DNA of 64,000 nucleotides from Candidatus Cloacimonadales bacterium. Lineage in GTDB: Bacteria > Cloacimonadota > Cloacimonadia > Cloacimonadales > JAIOQZ01. Under the pieces are notes generated by a model, which worked only from the letters and a program-made list of their open reading frames with translations, had not been told where the DNA came from and ran no database searches. The stretch spans positions 3,008,001-3,072,000 of the forward strand of contig OY771587.1 of assembly GCA_963674825.1 (NCBI GenBank), given 5' to 3'. This document shows positions 39,472 through 48,337 of the stretch, piece after piece; position 1 is the stretch's first letter; every line of letters starts with the position of its first letter. A program made the position numbers and the translations under genes.

Positions 39472-42400
39472 TCTTCACCTCCACTGCTTTCATTCAGCCG
39501 CCTGAGATATTCCAGGATGACATCCTGATACTCACGCGGATATTCTTTGTAGTCCTCTTGCAAGAGTGCGCGACGCCGGATTTCTTCGAACCGCAAACGG
39601 AGGTCTTCAGGCAGTTCCCAATCCTTCTCCTTGCCGGTTTCGGCTTTGCGCTTCTTGGAAAACTCGCGATCGTGAATCGATTTCTGCGCTTCCAGCATGC
39701 GGGAGAGAATTCGCTGCTGACGATCAATCAACTCCTGATCCAGCTTGTTATAGCGCATATCTTTGGCGATCTCTTCCAGTTGCTGTGCGGCGTCCTCAAG
39801 ACCGGATCCACCCTTGAGCGCATCGGGATTGTTCTGGAGCATGCGGCGCATGTTTTCAGCCAGCCGGGCTTCGTCTTCGCCCATACGGCTGAGCTGGGAG
39901 CGTCCTTCGCCGGAGAGCTGGCCTTGCGAGAGCATCTGCTGCATGAGCTGCTGCGTGAGAGAATTGAGCATCATCTGTTCACCGCTCATCTGTTGAAGTT
40001 GTTGCATCATGCTCTGCATACCACCTCCCTGGCCCTGAGACATCGACGAGGAAGATTGCATCAGATCGTAAATCATCAGGTTGATGCCTTCCTGGATTCC
40101 AGTTAGGTTTTCGCGGATGGTGCGGCCAGGAGAATCATTGACAGAGGTGAACATCGCCTGGTAGCGCTTCATCGTCATGGAGGCGTCGGAGAAAAACTTG
40201 GGGTGCAGATAGAGCACGACCATCGGTACGGAGTAGAGCTTTTGCAGGGTGATCTGGATGCCTTCGAAATTGGCGAGCTGACGGTCGATAATCTCGAACG
40301 GGTCCCGGATGTAGCGCTGTGCGGAGCGTTCCTGCATCTGCGAGAAGAGGAGCAATCGCGTGATGCTTTCCTGGATTATATTACCGATGTCTGCCTGCAT
40401 GCCACCCGACATCATCGATTGCATCTGCTTGAGCTTATCGAGCATCGACTGCATTTTACCTTGAGCGCTTTGCTGATTTTGTTGTGCCTGCTGCATCTTG
40501 TTCTGCTGGAGATTCTCGGAGCTTTCCTGAATATCCTGAGAGAGGCTATCCTGCTTCATTTGCTCCTTGAGCTGCTCCATCATCTTTTTGAGCTCGCTGT
40601 CAGACTTCTCATCCAGCATGCTGTTTGTATTTTCAAGCTGCTCCTGGAGGTTTTCCAGCTTCTCACCGATCTGCTGCTGCTCTTTGCTCAGCTCTTGTGG
40701 CGATTCGCCACCTTCTTTGGTGCGCTCGTTTAAATCCTTCTGCATCTCGAGCATCTCTTCGGCGATCTCGGATGATTTCTGCAAGGCTTGTTCCTTCTTG
40801 ATGTCCTCAAGCAGGTCGATGGTCTGATCCAGCTTTTGCATGAATTCTTCCATGGAGAATTTCATTTCTTCCATCGCCTTCTGGACGTCTTCCATCTTCA
40901 TGTCTTTCATGGCGTCCTGCATCTTCTGCATGGCTTCTTGAAGCTGCTCGTTGTTGATCTGCTCCATTAGCTGCTGGATGCGATCCATCTTTTCGAGCGT
41001 TTCCTGAGAAAGGGCTTCGTTGCGGTTGAACTTCTCCGCAAGCTCCTTGTATTCTTTCGCGACATCCTCGACCTGCTTGTTGAGATCTTCCTGTCGCTTC
41101 ATCATCTCTTCCAGCGACTTCTGGTCTTCCCAGTCCGCTTCCTCTTTCTTCATCAGCTCGCGGCGTTTCTCCTCGAACTCCTTGGAGAGATCCTTCGCCT
41201 TTTCCAGGGTATTCTCCAGCTCTTCGCGCTTGGCCTCTTCCTGCGCTTCGATCTCCTCGTATATCTCTTCGATAGACGGGAATCGCACAGTGTAGCGCTC
41301 GCTTACGCCCACATTTTTCTGCGGCGAGAAGTCGGTAAGTTCGACCCAATACACCACCCGGTCACCGGGCAGCAGCTTCAGCGGCGAGAGATCGAAGGTC
41401 GTTTCGTAGTCCAGAAGCTTGGTGCCGATGGCGGAGCGGAGGTCGATGGTCGCTTCGCCGGAGCTGTTGAGGTCGTAGTGCAGGCTGAGGTGGTTCAGCC
41501 CAAAGTCGTCCGCTCCGAGGATGTGTAGCGGCAGGAGGTGGTTCTGGGTCAGGATCGTGTCTCGTCCCGGGTAGGCGATGCGTACTTCAGGGATCTTGTC
41601 GTCGAGCGCGGTGATGCCCTTTACCAGCCGGTTCGATTCGTTGTCGAGAAGGTCGATCATCTTGAAGTAGTAGCTGCCGTTATCATCGATGGGGATGTTC
41701 ACGGAGAATGCGGTGCGTCCCTGACGAGTCATTTCTCCAGTGGTGCCGTCGTTCATCACGATACGGGCGGCTTTTATAGGATTGTTGGTTTCCACACTAA
41801 GGCCGGCGACGGTACCGCGAATAGCCTTCAGGTTGCCGTCCGTGTTGAGGTAGGTCTCCGGCTTCATGCCGGTGTATTCGGGAAAATCATAACGGACGTC
41901 GATGCGCGTAACGGCTGGGAGCTCGAAAACCTCCACGTTGAAGGTGTCGGACACGGCCCAGGGATTTTTAACAAAGTAGCGGAAGCTCTGCTCGGTGTTG
42001 GTGAACTTCTTGCGGCTCTCGATCATGGGCGTTTCGCGCCAGATATCGCCGAGGGTGTAGGCCAGCGTGTATTCCACCTGCGGTTCGGGATCCACCACTT
42101 CTATTTCGATGGCGTCGTTGCGCAGGATGGTCTTGTCGCCGGGCAGGACATCGATGTGCGTCTTGTGCTGAACATGCGGATATTCCTTCATCTGAAAGGC
42201 TCGCCAGCTCGTCTTGAAGGCTTTTGGACTGATGAAGATGGCGGTGAGTGTAACGGCCAAGATCATCAGGGAAGGCAGTAGGATGCGTTTGAGATTAGCG
42301 GTTTCGGGTTCGATTACCTGATTGCGTGCCTTCTCGTCCGCGAGGTCGTAAACCCTTTCCAGGAGAGGGTTATCCTGCTTCTGTTGCTTCAGCTCACAGG

Positions 42401-42725
42401 CGTTCTGATAGGTGTCGGATTCATCCTGGTTGTAACGGTCGAGCTGCCGGGCCGCCTGAAAGTTGTCCAGCAGGCTTTTCCAGGCCTGCATGGCGATGTA
42501 GATGAGGAGCAGCGCCAGCAGGATGCGGATGCCCAGCGCCATCAGGAACATTGCGCGCAACTCGTGAATGAGGCCGCCGCGCATGAGAATGACTTGATAG
42601 CTGCCGTGGAAGAGGCTGAACAGAACGAGCACGACCAATGCCGCCAGGATCACGTAGTAGGTGATGCCGATCAGGTTCTGTTTGCGCTTCAGCGCGTCGA
42701 TCTTCCGTTGGAATTCGCGTTCCAT
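39468..42725 (-). CDS. DUF4175-like membrane protein (TM helices, Ig-like domains, long Q/M/E-rich coiled coil)
   Basis: DDFGL, LLPGDRVVYWV, coiled coil, RQQRILSRMLEA, YPREYQDVILEYLRRL C-terminus. Confidence 0.78.
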   Translation of the reverse strand: MEREFQRKIDALKRKQNLIGITYYVILAALVVLVLFSLFHGSYQVILMRGGLIHELRAMFLMALGIRILLALLLIYIAMQAWKSLLDNFQAARQLDRYNQDESDTYQNACELKQQKQDNPLLERVYDLADEKARNQVIEPETANLKRILLPSLMILAVTLTAIFISPKAFKTSWRAFQMKEYPHVQHKTHIDVLPGDKTILRNDAIEIEVVDPEPQVEYTLAYTLGDIWRETPMIESRKKFTNTEQSFRYFVKNPWAVSDTFNVEVFELPAVTRIDVRYDFPEYTGMKPETYLNTDGNLKAIRGTVAGLSVETNNPIKAARIVMNDGTTGEMTRQGRTAFSVNIPIDDNGSYYFKMIDLLDNESNRLVKGITALDDKIPEVRIAYPGRDTILTQNHLLPLHILGADDFGLNHLSLHYDLNSSGEATIDLRSAIGTKLLDYETTFDLSPLKLLPGDRVVYWVELTDFSPQKNVGVSERYTVRFPSIEEIYEEIEAQEEAKREELENTLEKAKDLSKEFEEKRRELMKKEEADWEDQKSLEEMMKRQEDLNKQVEDVAKEYKELAEKFNRNEALSQETLEKMDRIQQLMEQINNEQLQEAMQKMQDAMKDMKMEDVQKAMEEMKFSMEEFMQKLDQTIDLLEDIKKEQALQKSSEIAEEMLEMQKDLNERTKEGGESPQELSKEQQQIGEKLENLQEQLENTNSMLDEKSDSELKKMMEQLKEQMKQDSLSQDIQESSENLQQNKMQQAQQNQQSAQGKMQSMLDKLKQMQSMMSGGMQADIGNIIQESITRLLLFSQMQERSAQRYIRDPFEIIDRQLANFEGIQITLQKLYSVPMVVLYLHPKFFSDASMTMKRYQAMFTSVNDSPGRTIRENLTGIQEGINLMIYDLMQSSSSMSQGQGGGMQSMMQQLQQMSGEQMMLNSLTQQLMQQMLSQGQLSGEGRSQLSRMGEDEARLAENMRRMLQNNPDALKGGSGLEDAAQQLEEIAKDMRYNKLDQELIDRQQRILSRMLEAQKSIHDREFSKKRKAETGKEKDWELPEDLRLRFEEIRRRALLQEDYKEYPREYQDVILEYLRRLNESSGGEE

Positions 42726-43606
42726 GTCGCTCCTTGCCGTATGTTCCCGCTTTTCAAGCGTTGTCCGAGTTCATTCATCGCTTCCAGCTTCGAGCCAGTG
42801 TCCGGCGCGATTGCCACACCGGTTCTGCGCACATTCGAGGTGAACATCCGGCTCACCACGATGCGCTCGTCCAGCTCGGGAAGCAGTCTTGTCAAAATGG
42901 TGAGGTAGTCGCTGGTTGTCAACGGGATAAAGCGATCGTGTTGCATGATTTTTTCAAGCTCCGTATCCCGATAGATCACCAACTGATGGAATTTCACTTC
43001 GTCGATCAATCCACTGCCGGATATCCAGCGCACGGTTTCCAGCATGTCGTCGATGGTTTCGCCCGGTATGCCGATGATGAGATGCACGCCCGTTCGGATT
43101 CCATACCGCTTCAGCAATTCCAATGCTTGCTCGGTCTGCGCGTGTGTATGGCCGCGTCGCAGGAAATCGAGGCTTCTGTCGTGGATGGTCTGCATACCGA
43201 TCTCGACCGTCACCGGCTTTTCCAGTCCTTTCAGTAGGGTGCAGACTTCTTCGCTGACGCAGTCCGGTCTGGTGGAGATTGCCAGCTCGACAACATTCTG
43301 TTGTTGTAACGCGGTTTGGAAGATTCGTTTCAGTTGCGTCAGATCGCCGTAGGTCCCGGTTTCGGCATTGAAATAAGGGATCCATGCAGGATGTTTAAAC
43401 ATTTTGCCCATCCTGTCTGTCAGCGTGTGGAACTGGGTGATGACATCCTGATTGGAGACGGGGTCGGTGAAGGTATCCGGTCTGCAAAATATGCATTTAC
43501 CGTGCGGACAGGGAATGCCGGTAGAGAGCGGTACGCGCTGCACGCGGCGCTCGTATTTACGCTGCATGAAGGATGCGTAGGTGTTGATCAGCTCGCTAAG
43601 ATTCAT
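42689..43606 (-). CDS. TIGR01212 (YhcC-like) radical SAM protein
   Basis: CPHGKCIFC, ISTRPDCV, VEIGMQT, RRGHT, HLIIGIPGE, VKFHQL. Confidence 0.88.
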   Translation of the reverse strand: MNLSELINTYASFMQRKYERRVQRVPLSTGIPCPHGKCIFCRPDTFTDPVSNQDVITQFHTLTDRMGKMFKHPAWIPYFNAETGTYGDLTQLKRIFQTALQQQNVVELAISTRPDCVSEEVCTLLKGLEKPVTVEIGMQTIHDRSLDFLRRGHTHAQTEQALELLKRYGIRTGVHLIIGIPGETIDDMLETVRWISGSGLIDEVKFHQLVIYRDTELEKIMQHDRFIPLTTSDYLTILTRLLPELDERIVVSRMFTSNVRRTGVAIAPDTGSKLEAMNELGQRLKSGNIRQGATWNANSNGRSTR

Positions 43607-46600
43607 CGGTCAAAAGGCGCATCTGTCCTTCTGCGATCTCGATGAACTGCTTTGCGCCGATCTGTGTGAAGAGATCAATGGCTTTTTGCAGCTTCTCGAT
43701 CGCGTCGTTTTTTTCATCTTGCTCGATGTGGATCATGGCCCAGTTGAACCACGCACGTCCCTCACCGTCTTTATCGCCAATCTCTTGCAGCATGGTCTGC
43801 TGCTTACGATAATATTCGATGGCCAGCGGGAAATCCTTTTTCATCTTGGCGACATTGCCCAGATTGCCGTAGGTATGGGCTACTCCCGCGAGGTCGTTGA
43901 GTTTCTCTTGCAGCTTGAGGTTACTTTCGTAGGTTCTCTGTGCTTTTTCAATATCACCAGCCATAAATGAAATATCACCAATGGCGTCGTAGCAATAGGA
44001 GAGCATAACACGATCGCCGATATCCTGGGCGATCGCGAGCGCTTGGGAGAAATAGCCGGCGGCATCGTCGTTCTGCTCCTGGTAATAATAGGCTTCGCCG
44101 ATGTTGTAGAGAACGATGCACTCCTGCTGTCTGTTACCGGAAAGTCTGGCCAGTTGTAGAGAATTGCGATAGGCCTCAATAGCCCTGGTATTTTCTCCAC
44201 GGTAACGCATCAGGCCTGCAATATCCATCTGCACTTTGCCGTAGCCGTCTTTATCACCCAGTTTCTCGGCTACTTCGAGTGCCTGACGATAGTAGTTCTC
44301 CGCGTTTTCGGTGTCGCCTCTCTTGAAAGCGAGAATACCCATACTGCTGAGTGCAAGCCTAACATAAACCTGATCCTTGAGCTTCTTAGCGATGTGAAAC
44401 CGTTCGTTCAGGTAGGTCTCGGCTTCGTCGTAGCGCGCTTGATCCATGTAGTACTGTTCCAGGATCGAGCAGAGTTGCAGAACAATTCGTTCATCATTGG
44501 ATTTGCGTACCTTATCGAGGTATTCGATCGCCTTTTCCTCGAAGTCACGGCCAGTCTCACGCAATGCATTCAGGTAGAGAATTTCAACCTGATTGAAGCG
44601 TCTCTTGTCGGTGAATTGATCCAGTACAGCTTCTGCAAACTGGATTTGCTCGGTGAAACGGGCGGTTTTATCGTTTAGCCGGGCGGTAAGCAAGCGATGG
44701 TAATCCAGATCGGCACCTTCGAGTATACCTGTATCGAGCTTGATGAGTCGGGTCTCGGCTTCTTTTGTGTCTCCCTGTAGCAGAAGGATATCGATAATAT
44801 GAAGTTCCATCTCGATTCGCTGCAAATCGTTACTGCAATGTTCCTGTGCGATTCGGAAGAAGTACGCGCTTTCAGTGAGAGAATAGAGCGCGAAGTTTTT
44901 ATGTGCTGCTTCAAGCGCATAGCGGAATGTTTTTTGGTGGTTTTCGGCCAGGATGTAGTGATTGGCAATCAATTCCAACCACGGATAATGGTCATTTTCG
45001 TGTTTCCGCTCGTAGTAACCTGCGATGCGATTGTGCAGGTCCCTTTTCTCGCTTCTGAGGATCGTTCTGTAGATTGCCTCGCGCATGAGGTTGTTGCTAA
45101 AGATGTATTCGATCTCGGGATTGATGTTTTTCTCGTTGATGATGGAGATCACGTTGAGCATGTGGAGGATTTCAACCACGCGCCGCGAGAATTCCGCTTT
45201 ACCGATCACTGCCAGTGAATCTACACTAAAGGCACGGCCTACGATCGATGCGATCTTGAGAAGCTGGCGCGACGATTCATCAAGGTGCTCGTATTGCCGA
45301 ATGAAAAGGTTCTCCAGGGTCTGCGGGATGATTCCCCTGCGCAGCATGATTCCAATATGCGCTTCGGTAAGTATGTTCTTTCTACAGTCGAAGTTGGTTT
45401 GGATTAGGCTGCACATTTCGCTGATGAACATTGGGTTACCGTCGGTGATGGTTGCCAGGTTTTCAACAGCGTCCCCGGCGATGTTCGGGATGTCGTCCCG
45501 GATCAGCTGCGCAGCGTGCTCTCGCTGTAGATTTCCGAGCTGGATGTGGATCGGTTTTGAGCTAGAAAGTTCATCTGCGGTGGTTTCCTCACGCGTTGTG
45601 ATCAGAACGCCAATGCCTTCGTAGAGGAGACCGGGCAGTGCGCGAAGGAAGATCGCCAGCGATTTTGTGTCCATCCATTGCATGTTATCCAGTGTAACCA
45701 TCCCGGCATCTTTCCAGAGCTCCCGCAGGATTTCGGCGAAGGTTTGCTCAACGATGCTGATCATATCGAGGTAGCCGAAATCGAGCTTGCCTTGAAGGTA
45801 TTGCCGCATGAGGTTTTCGTCGATGGCAAGATTGTGTTCGTGGCACCAAGTAACGAGCTTGTCGAGGTCATTCGGTAAGTCACCAGCGTCGATCATGCGG
45901 CCCAGGACCTTACGAATGAATTCGAGCGGAGAATTGCGACTGTATTCGTCTAAAACGTAAAGTTCAAAGCGATTTCCGTTGTTGATCTGGTGCTGCAGAA
46001 TGTTGTATGTCAGAAAAGATTTACCAACACCCGCATTTCCCGATATTATAACGAGTCTATTTGCGTTCTCATAGATACTTTGAAGTTCGCAGTCGCATCC
46101 GACCAGCGTCTGATGCTCGTATAGCTGGCGGAAGGCTGTCCAGTTCTCAGGGAGTTCACGTACCGGCGAGTAGATGTCGATTTCGTCGCGGATTCCCTTT
46201 ACCTGCACACGTTTCACGAAGCGGGATTCGAAGTGTGACTGGATTTTGGGCAGTACTTCTTGCGAAAAGGCGATTTCGCCGTATCCCGCCACAGACATAA
46301 GCCGGGCGGAGATATTCACTGCGTTGCCGATGATGCCGTATTCCCAGCGATTCTCGGTTCCGAGCGTGCCGGCGTAGATATTGCTATAGGTGATTCCGAT
46401 GCGGATTCGGATGGTCTCGGTGGGAATTTGCAGGAGTTTCCACGAGCATATGAATGCGCGCTCGGCGTCATCGAAATGGACATTGGGTACGCCAAAGGTG
46501 ATGATGAGAATGTAACCCTTATCGGTGTAGTCGATTTTGTTTATGTTACCGCCCATGGCGTAGACTTTCTGCTGTACGCGGACGTAGAATTCTTGGTAGT

Positions 46601-47351
46601 CCGCACCGTTTATAGCTGGAGTGCCTTCTGCTGGACTGATCTCGATGAAAACGATGGCGGCATTACGTAGTTCAGCGCTGAATTCCATGCCGCTGATTTT
46701 TTCTTTTACTGAGTTGCTGACAAAATTTGCAGCGAAACCACTGTCGATATTCTCGATTTCAAAAGGTTCTGAAGCTTGCGACGGTTCAATGAGTGTTTCA
46801 TATACGAGGATCTCACCGGCTTTTGCGTATTCACCTATCTCATATGCCTGTTGAAGTGCGTCTCCTACGAAATAATAATCGAGGTGGTATTTCGGGTCGC
46901 CCACAATGTGCAGTTCTGTTTTACCCCAGGATATTCCCCCGTGTATCTCGATCTGTACACCGTATTGCTCCTGATAGTAAGTGTTCAGCTCTATAAGCTG
47001 TTCGAACATCGCGCTACGGCAACGGACGATGCGGGAAAGGGACTCTTTCTTTGATCCGGGAAAAACTGAAAGGAGCGAATCACCGCCGTATTTGACGAGA
47101 TAGCCTCCATGGGTGCGAATGCAGGTGTCCATTGCGTTGAAATAGCGATTGAGAACACCAGTAATCGTCTCGACACCGTAATGACCTGATCCGCTTACTT
47201 GCTCAGTGAGATGTGTGAATGATTTGATGTCGGTAAATAGGATCCCCATCTCACTTGAATGCAGAATTGGAAGCGGTATTTGCTCGATACTAACATACTG
47301 TCGAATCAGTTCGTGAATGTTGCCGGGGATGATACCTCGCAAGTCTTTCAT
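43596..47351 (-). CDS. Tandem class III nucleotide cyclase + STAND/AAA NTPase + TPR protein (soluble-adenylyl-cyclase-like architecture)
   Basis: ILFTDIKSFT and KYGGDS (cyclase 1); DKG and GNAVNISARLM (cyclase 2); GNAGVGKS Walker A; LDNMQWMD; DGNPMF; C-terminal TPRs. Confidence 0.88.
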   Translation of the reverse strand: MKDLRGIIPGNIHELIRQYVSIEQIPLPILHSSEMGILFTDIKSFTHLTEQVSGSGHYGVETITGVLNRYFNAMDTCIRTHGGYLVKYGGDSLLSVFPGSKKESLSRIVRCRSAMFEQLIELNTYYQEQYGVQIEIHGGISWGKTELHIVGDPKYHLDYYFVGDALQQAYEIGEYAKAGEILVYETLIEPSQASEPFEIENIDSGFAANFVSNSVKEKISGMEFSAELRNAAIVFIEISPAEGTPAINGADYQEFYVRVQQKVYAMGGNINKIDYTDKGYILIITFGVPNVHFDDAERAFICSWKLLQIPTETIRIRIGITYSNIYAGTLGTENRWEYGIIGNAVNISARLMSVAGYGEIAFSQEVLPKIQSHFESRFVKRVQVKGIRDEIDIYSPVRELPENWTAFRQLYEHQTLVGCDCELQSIYENANRLVIISGNAGVGKSFLTYNILQHQINNGNRFELYVLDEYSRNSPLEFIRKVLGRMIDAGDLPNDLDKLVTWCHEHNLAIDENLMRQYLQGKLDFGYLDMISIVEQTFAEILRELWKDAGMVTLDNMQWMDTKSLAIFLRALPGLLYEGIGVLITTREETTADELSSSKPIHIQLGNLQREHAAQLIRDDIPNIAGDAVENLATITDGNPMFISEMCSLIQTNFDCRKNILTEAHIGIMLRRGIIPQTLENLFIRQYEHLDESSRQLLKIASIVGRAFSVDSLAVIGKAEFSRRVVEILHMLNVISIINEKNINPEIEYIFSNNLMREAIYRTILRSEKRDLHNRIAGYYERKHENDHYPWLELIANHYILAENHQKTFRYALEAAHKNFALYSLTESAYFFRIAQEHCSNDLQRIEMELHIIDILLLQGDTKEAETRLIKLDTGILEGADLDYHRLLTARLNDKTARFTEQIQFAEAVLDQFTDKRRFNQVEILYLNALRETGRDFEEKAIEYLDKVRKSNDERIVLQLCSILEQYYMDQARYDEAETYLNERFHIAKKLKDQVYVRLALSSMGILAFKRGDTENAENYYRQALEVAEKLGDKDGYGKVQMDIAGLMRYRGENTRAIEAYRNSLQLARLSGNRQQECIVLYNIGEAYYYQEQNDDAAGYFSQALAIAQDIGDRVMLSYCYDAIGDISFMAGDIEKAQRTYESNLKLQEKLNDLAGVAHTYGNLGNVAKMKKDFPLAIEYYRKQQTMLQEIGDKDGEGRAWFNWAMIHIEQDEKNDAIEKLQKAIDLFTQIGAKQFIEIAEGQMRLLTDES

Positions 47352-47427
47352 CTATTCCTCGTCGGTTTGTTATCATGATAAGCTTGCGGAACGGCTCCGA
47401 TTTGTAAAGGTTTATTATGGATGGTTC

Positions 47428-47553
47428 CCGCACGCATCTTTGCCCGATCACTTCCCTCGCGTGGATATACCGCGGCTATCTTACTACCAGACATGAATAT
47501 AAAGCCGCGGAACACCACTGCTCGGAGCGTGATCGAACGAATCTGCTGTGCGG
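47428..47553. other. Unexplained ~126-nt rod-like nested inverted repeat (candidate structured ncRNA or decayed MITE)
   Basis: Nested stems CCGCAC/GTGCGG, CGATCAC/GTGATCG, GTGG/CCAC, CCGCGGCT/AGCCGCGG. Confidence 0.5.
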
Positions 47554-47567
47554 AGATGATATAAAGA

Positions 47568-47591
47568 AACCCGGGGCTTTCACCCCGGGTT
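47568..47591 (-). terminator. Intrinsic terminator after the P-loop gene
   Basis: AACCCGGGG-TGAAAG-CCCCGGGTT followed by TCTTT on the minus strand. Confidence 0.78.
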
Positions 47592-47605
47592 ATGACTGAA
47601 GTTCG

Positions 47606-48286
47606 TTATTGATTGACTGCGTATTCTTCCCACGGCTTGCGCAGGTAATATTTCATGATATGGCGATGCTGTTCACCGTCATTTTCCGGGATCATGCCGG
47701 CATACTTCTCGAGCGCGAGGTATTCTTTGAAGAGTACACTTTTCTGCTTGGCCGCTTCGCGAATAATTTCCACTCCTTCTGCGACCACCTCACGTGTGGT
47801 GAACTCCATCAGGTTGGTGTTACAGACGAATTCGCCGATTTCGAGACCGGATGTGTACTCAAGCATGCTCGCCATGACGAGGATTTCATCCACTGTAGAT
47901 GTAAAAGGTCTCCGGGTGTTGACGACAAGCTTGAGGTGATAGCCGCGCTCTTTGATCTCCTGCTTGAAACGGGCAAGTGTACGGCTGCCATTGGGATCGC
48001 CACCCACGTCGAGTATGACCAGCTTGTCCTGCTGCTGAATCGCACCGCGGATACGGGGCGAGATCATGGGCACGTCCGCGTGGGAATAGCTACCTTCAGG
48101 CGCAACCACTTCGATACCGTGCTGTTGGAACTCCTCGCGCACCTCACGGCTGCGGAAATATGGGTTCACAACGTCAAGATCGACAAGCGCTACGTCCTCC
48201 GCGCGCTTCTCGAATGCCAGATTGACAGAATATTCGCTCTTGCCGCTTCCATAAGCGCCAATAATGATTATCAGATCTTTTTTCAT
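47606..48286 (-). CDS. Conserved P-loop ATP-binding protein (MinD/ParA-like fold)
   Basis: GAYGSGKSE, DLDVVNPYFRSRE, ILDVGGD, VVNTRRPFT; AAGGAG RBS before the ATG at 48286. Confidence 0.82.
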   Translation of the reverse strand: MKKDLIIIIGAYGSGKSEYSVNLAFEKRAEDVALVDLDVVNPYFRSREVREEFQQHGIEVVAPEGSYSHADVPMISPRIRGAIQQQDKLVILDVGGDPNGSRTLARFKQEIKERGYHLKLVVNTRRPFTSTVDEILVMASMLEYTSGLEIGEFVCNTNLMEFTTREVVAEGVEIIREAAKQKSVLFKEYLALEKYAGMIPENDGEQHRHIMKYYLRKPWEEYAVNQ

Positions 48287-48337
48287 TTTCAACTCCTTCG
48301 CGACAAACTAAGCGAGCTTCTTCTTCAGGCAAGCGAA

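Noticed and set aside
39468..41300. Q/M/E-rich low-complexity region as a tandem DNA repeat or CRISPR array
   Set aside because: It is coiled-coil coding sequence with no regularly spaced direct repeats.
42689..42725. 37-bp overlap between the yhcC-like and DUF4175-like genes as a frameshifted fusion
   Set aside because: The downstream gene has its own AAGGAG RBS and ATG, and both proteins look full length.
47417..47599. 60-aa ORF across the rod-like hairpin
   Set aside because: It has no RBS, runs through a terminator and shows no protein-like motif.
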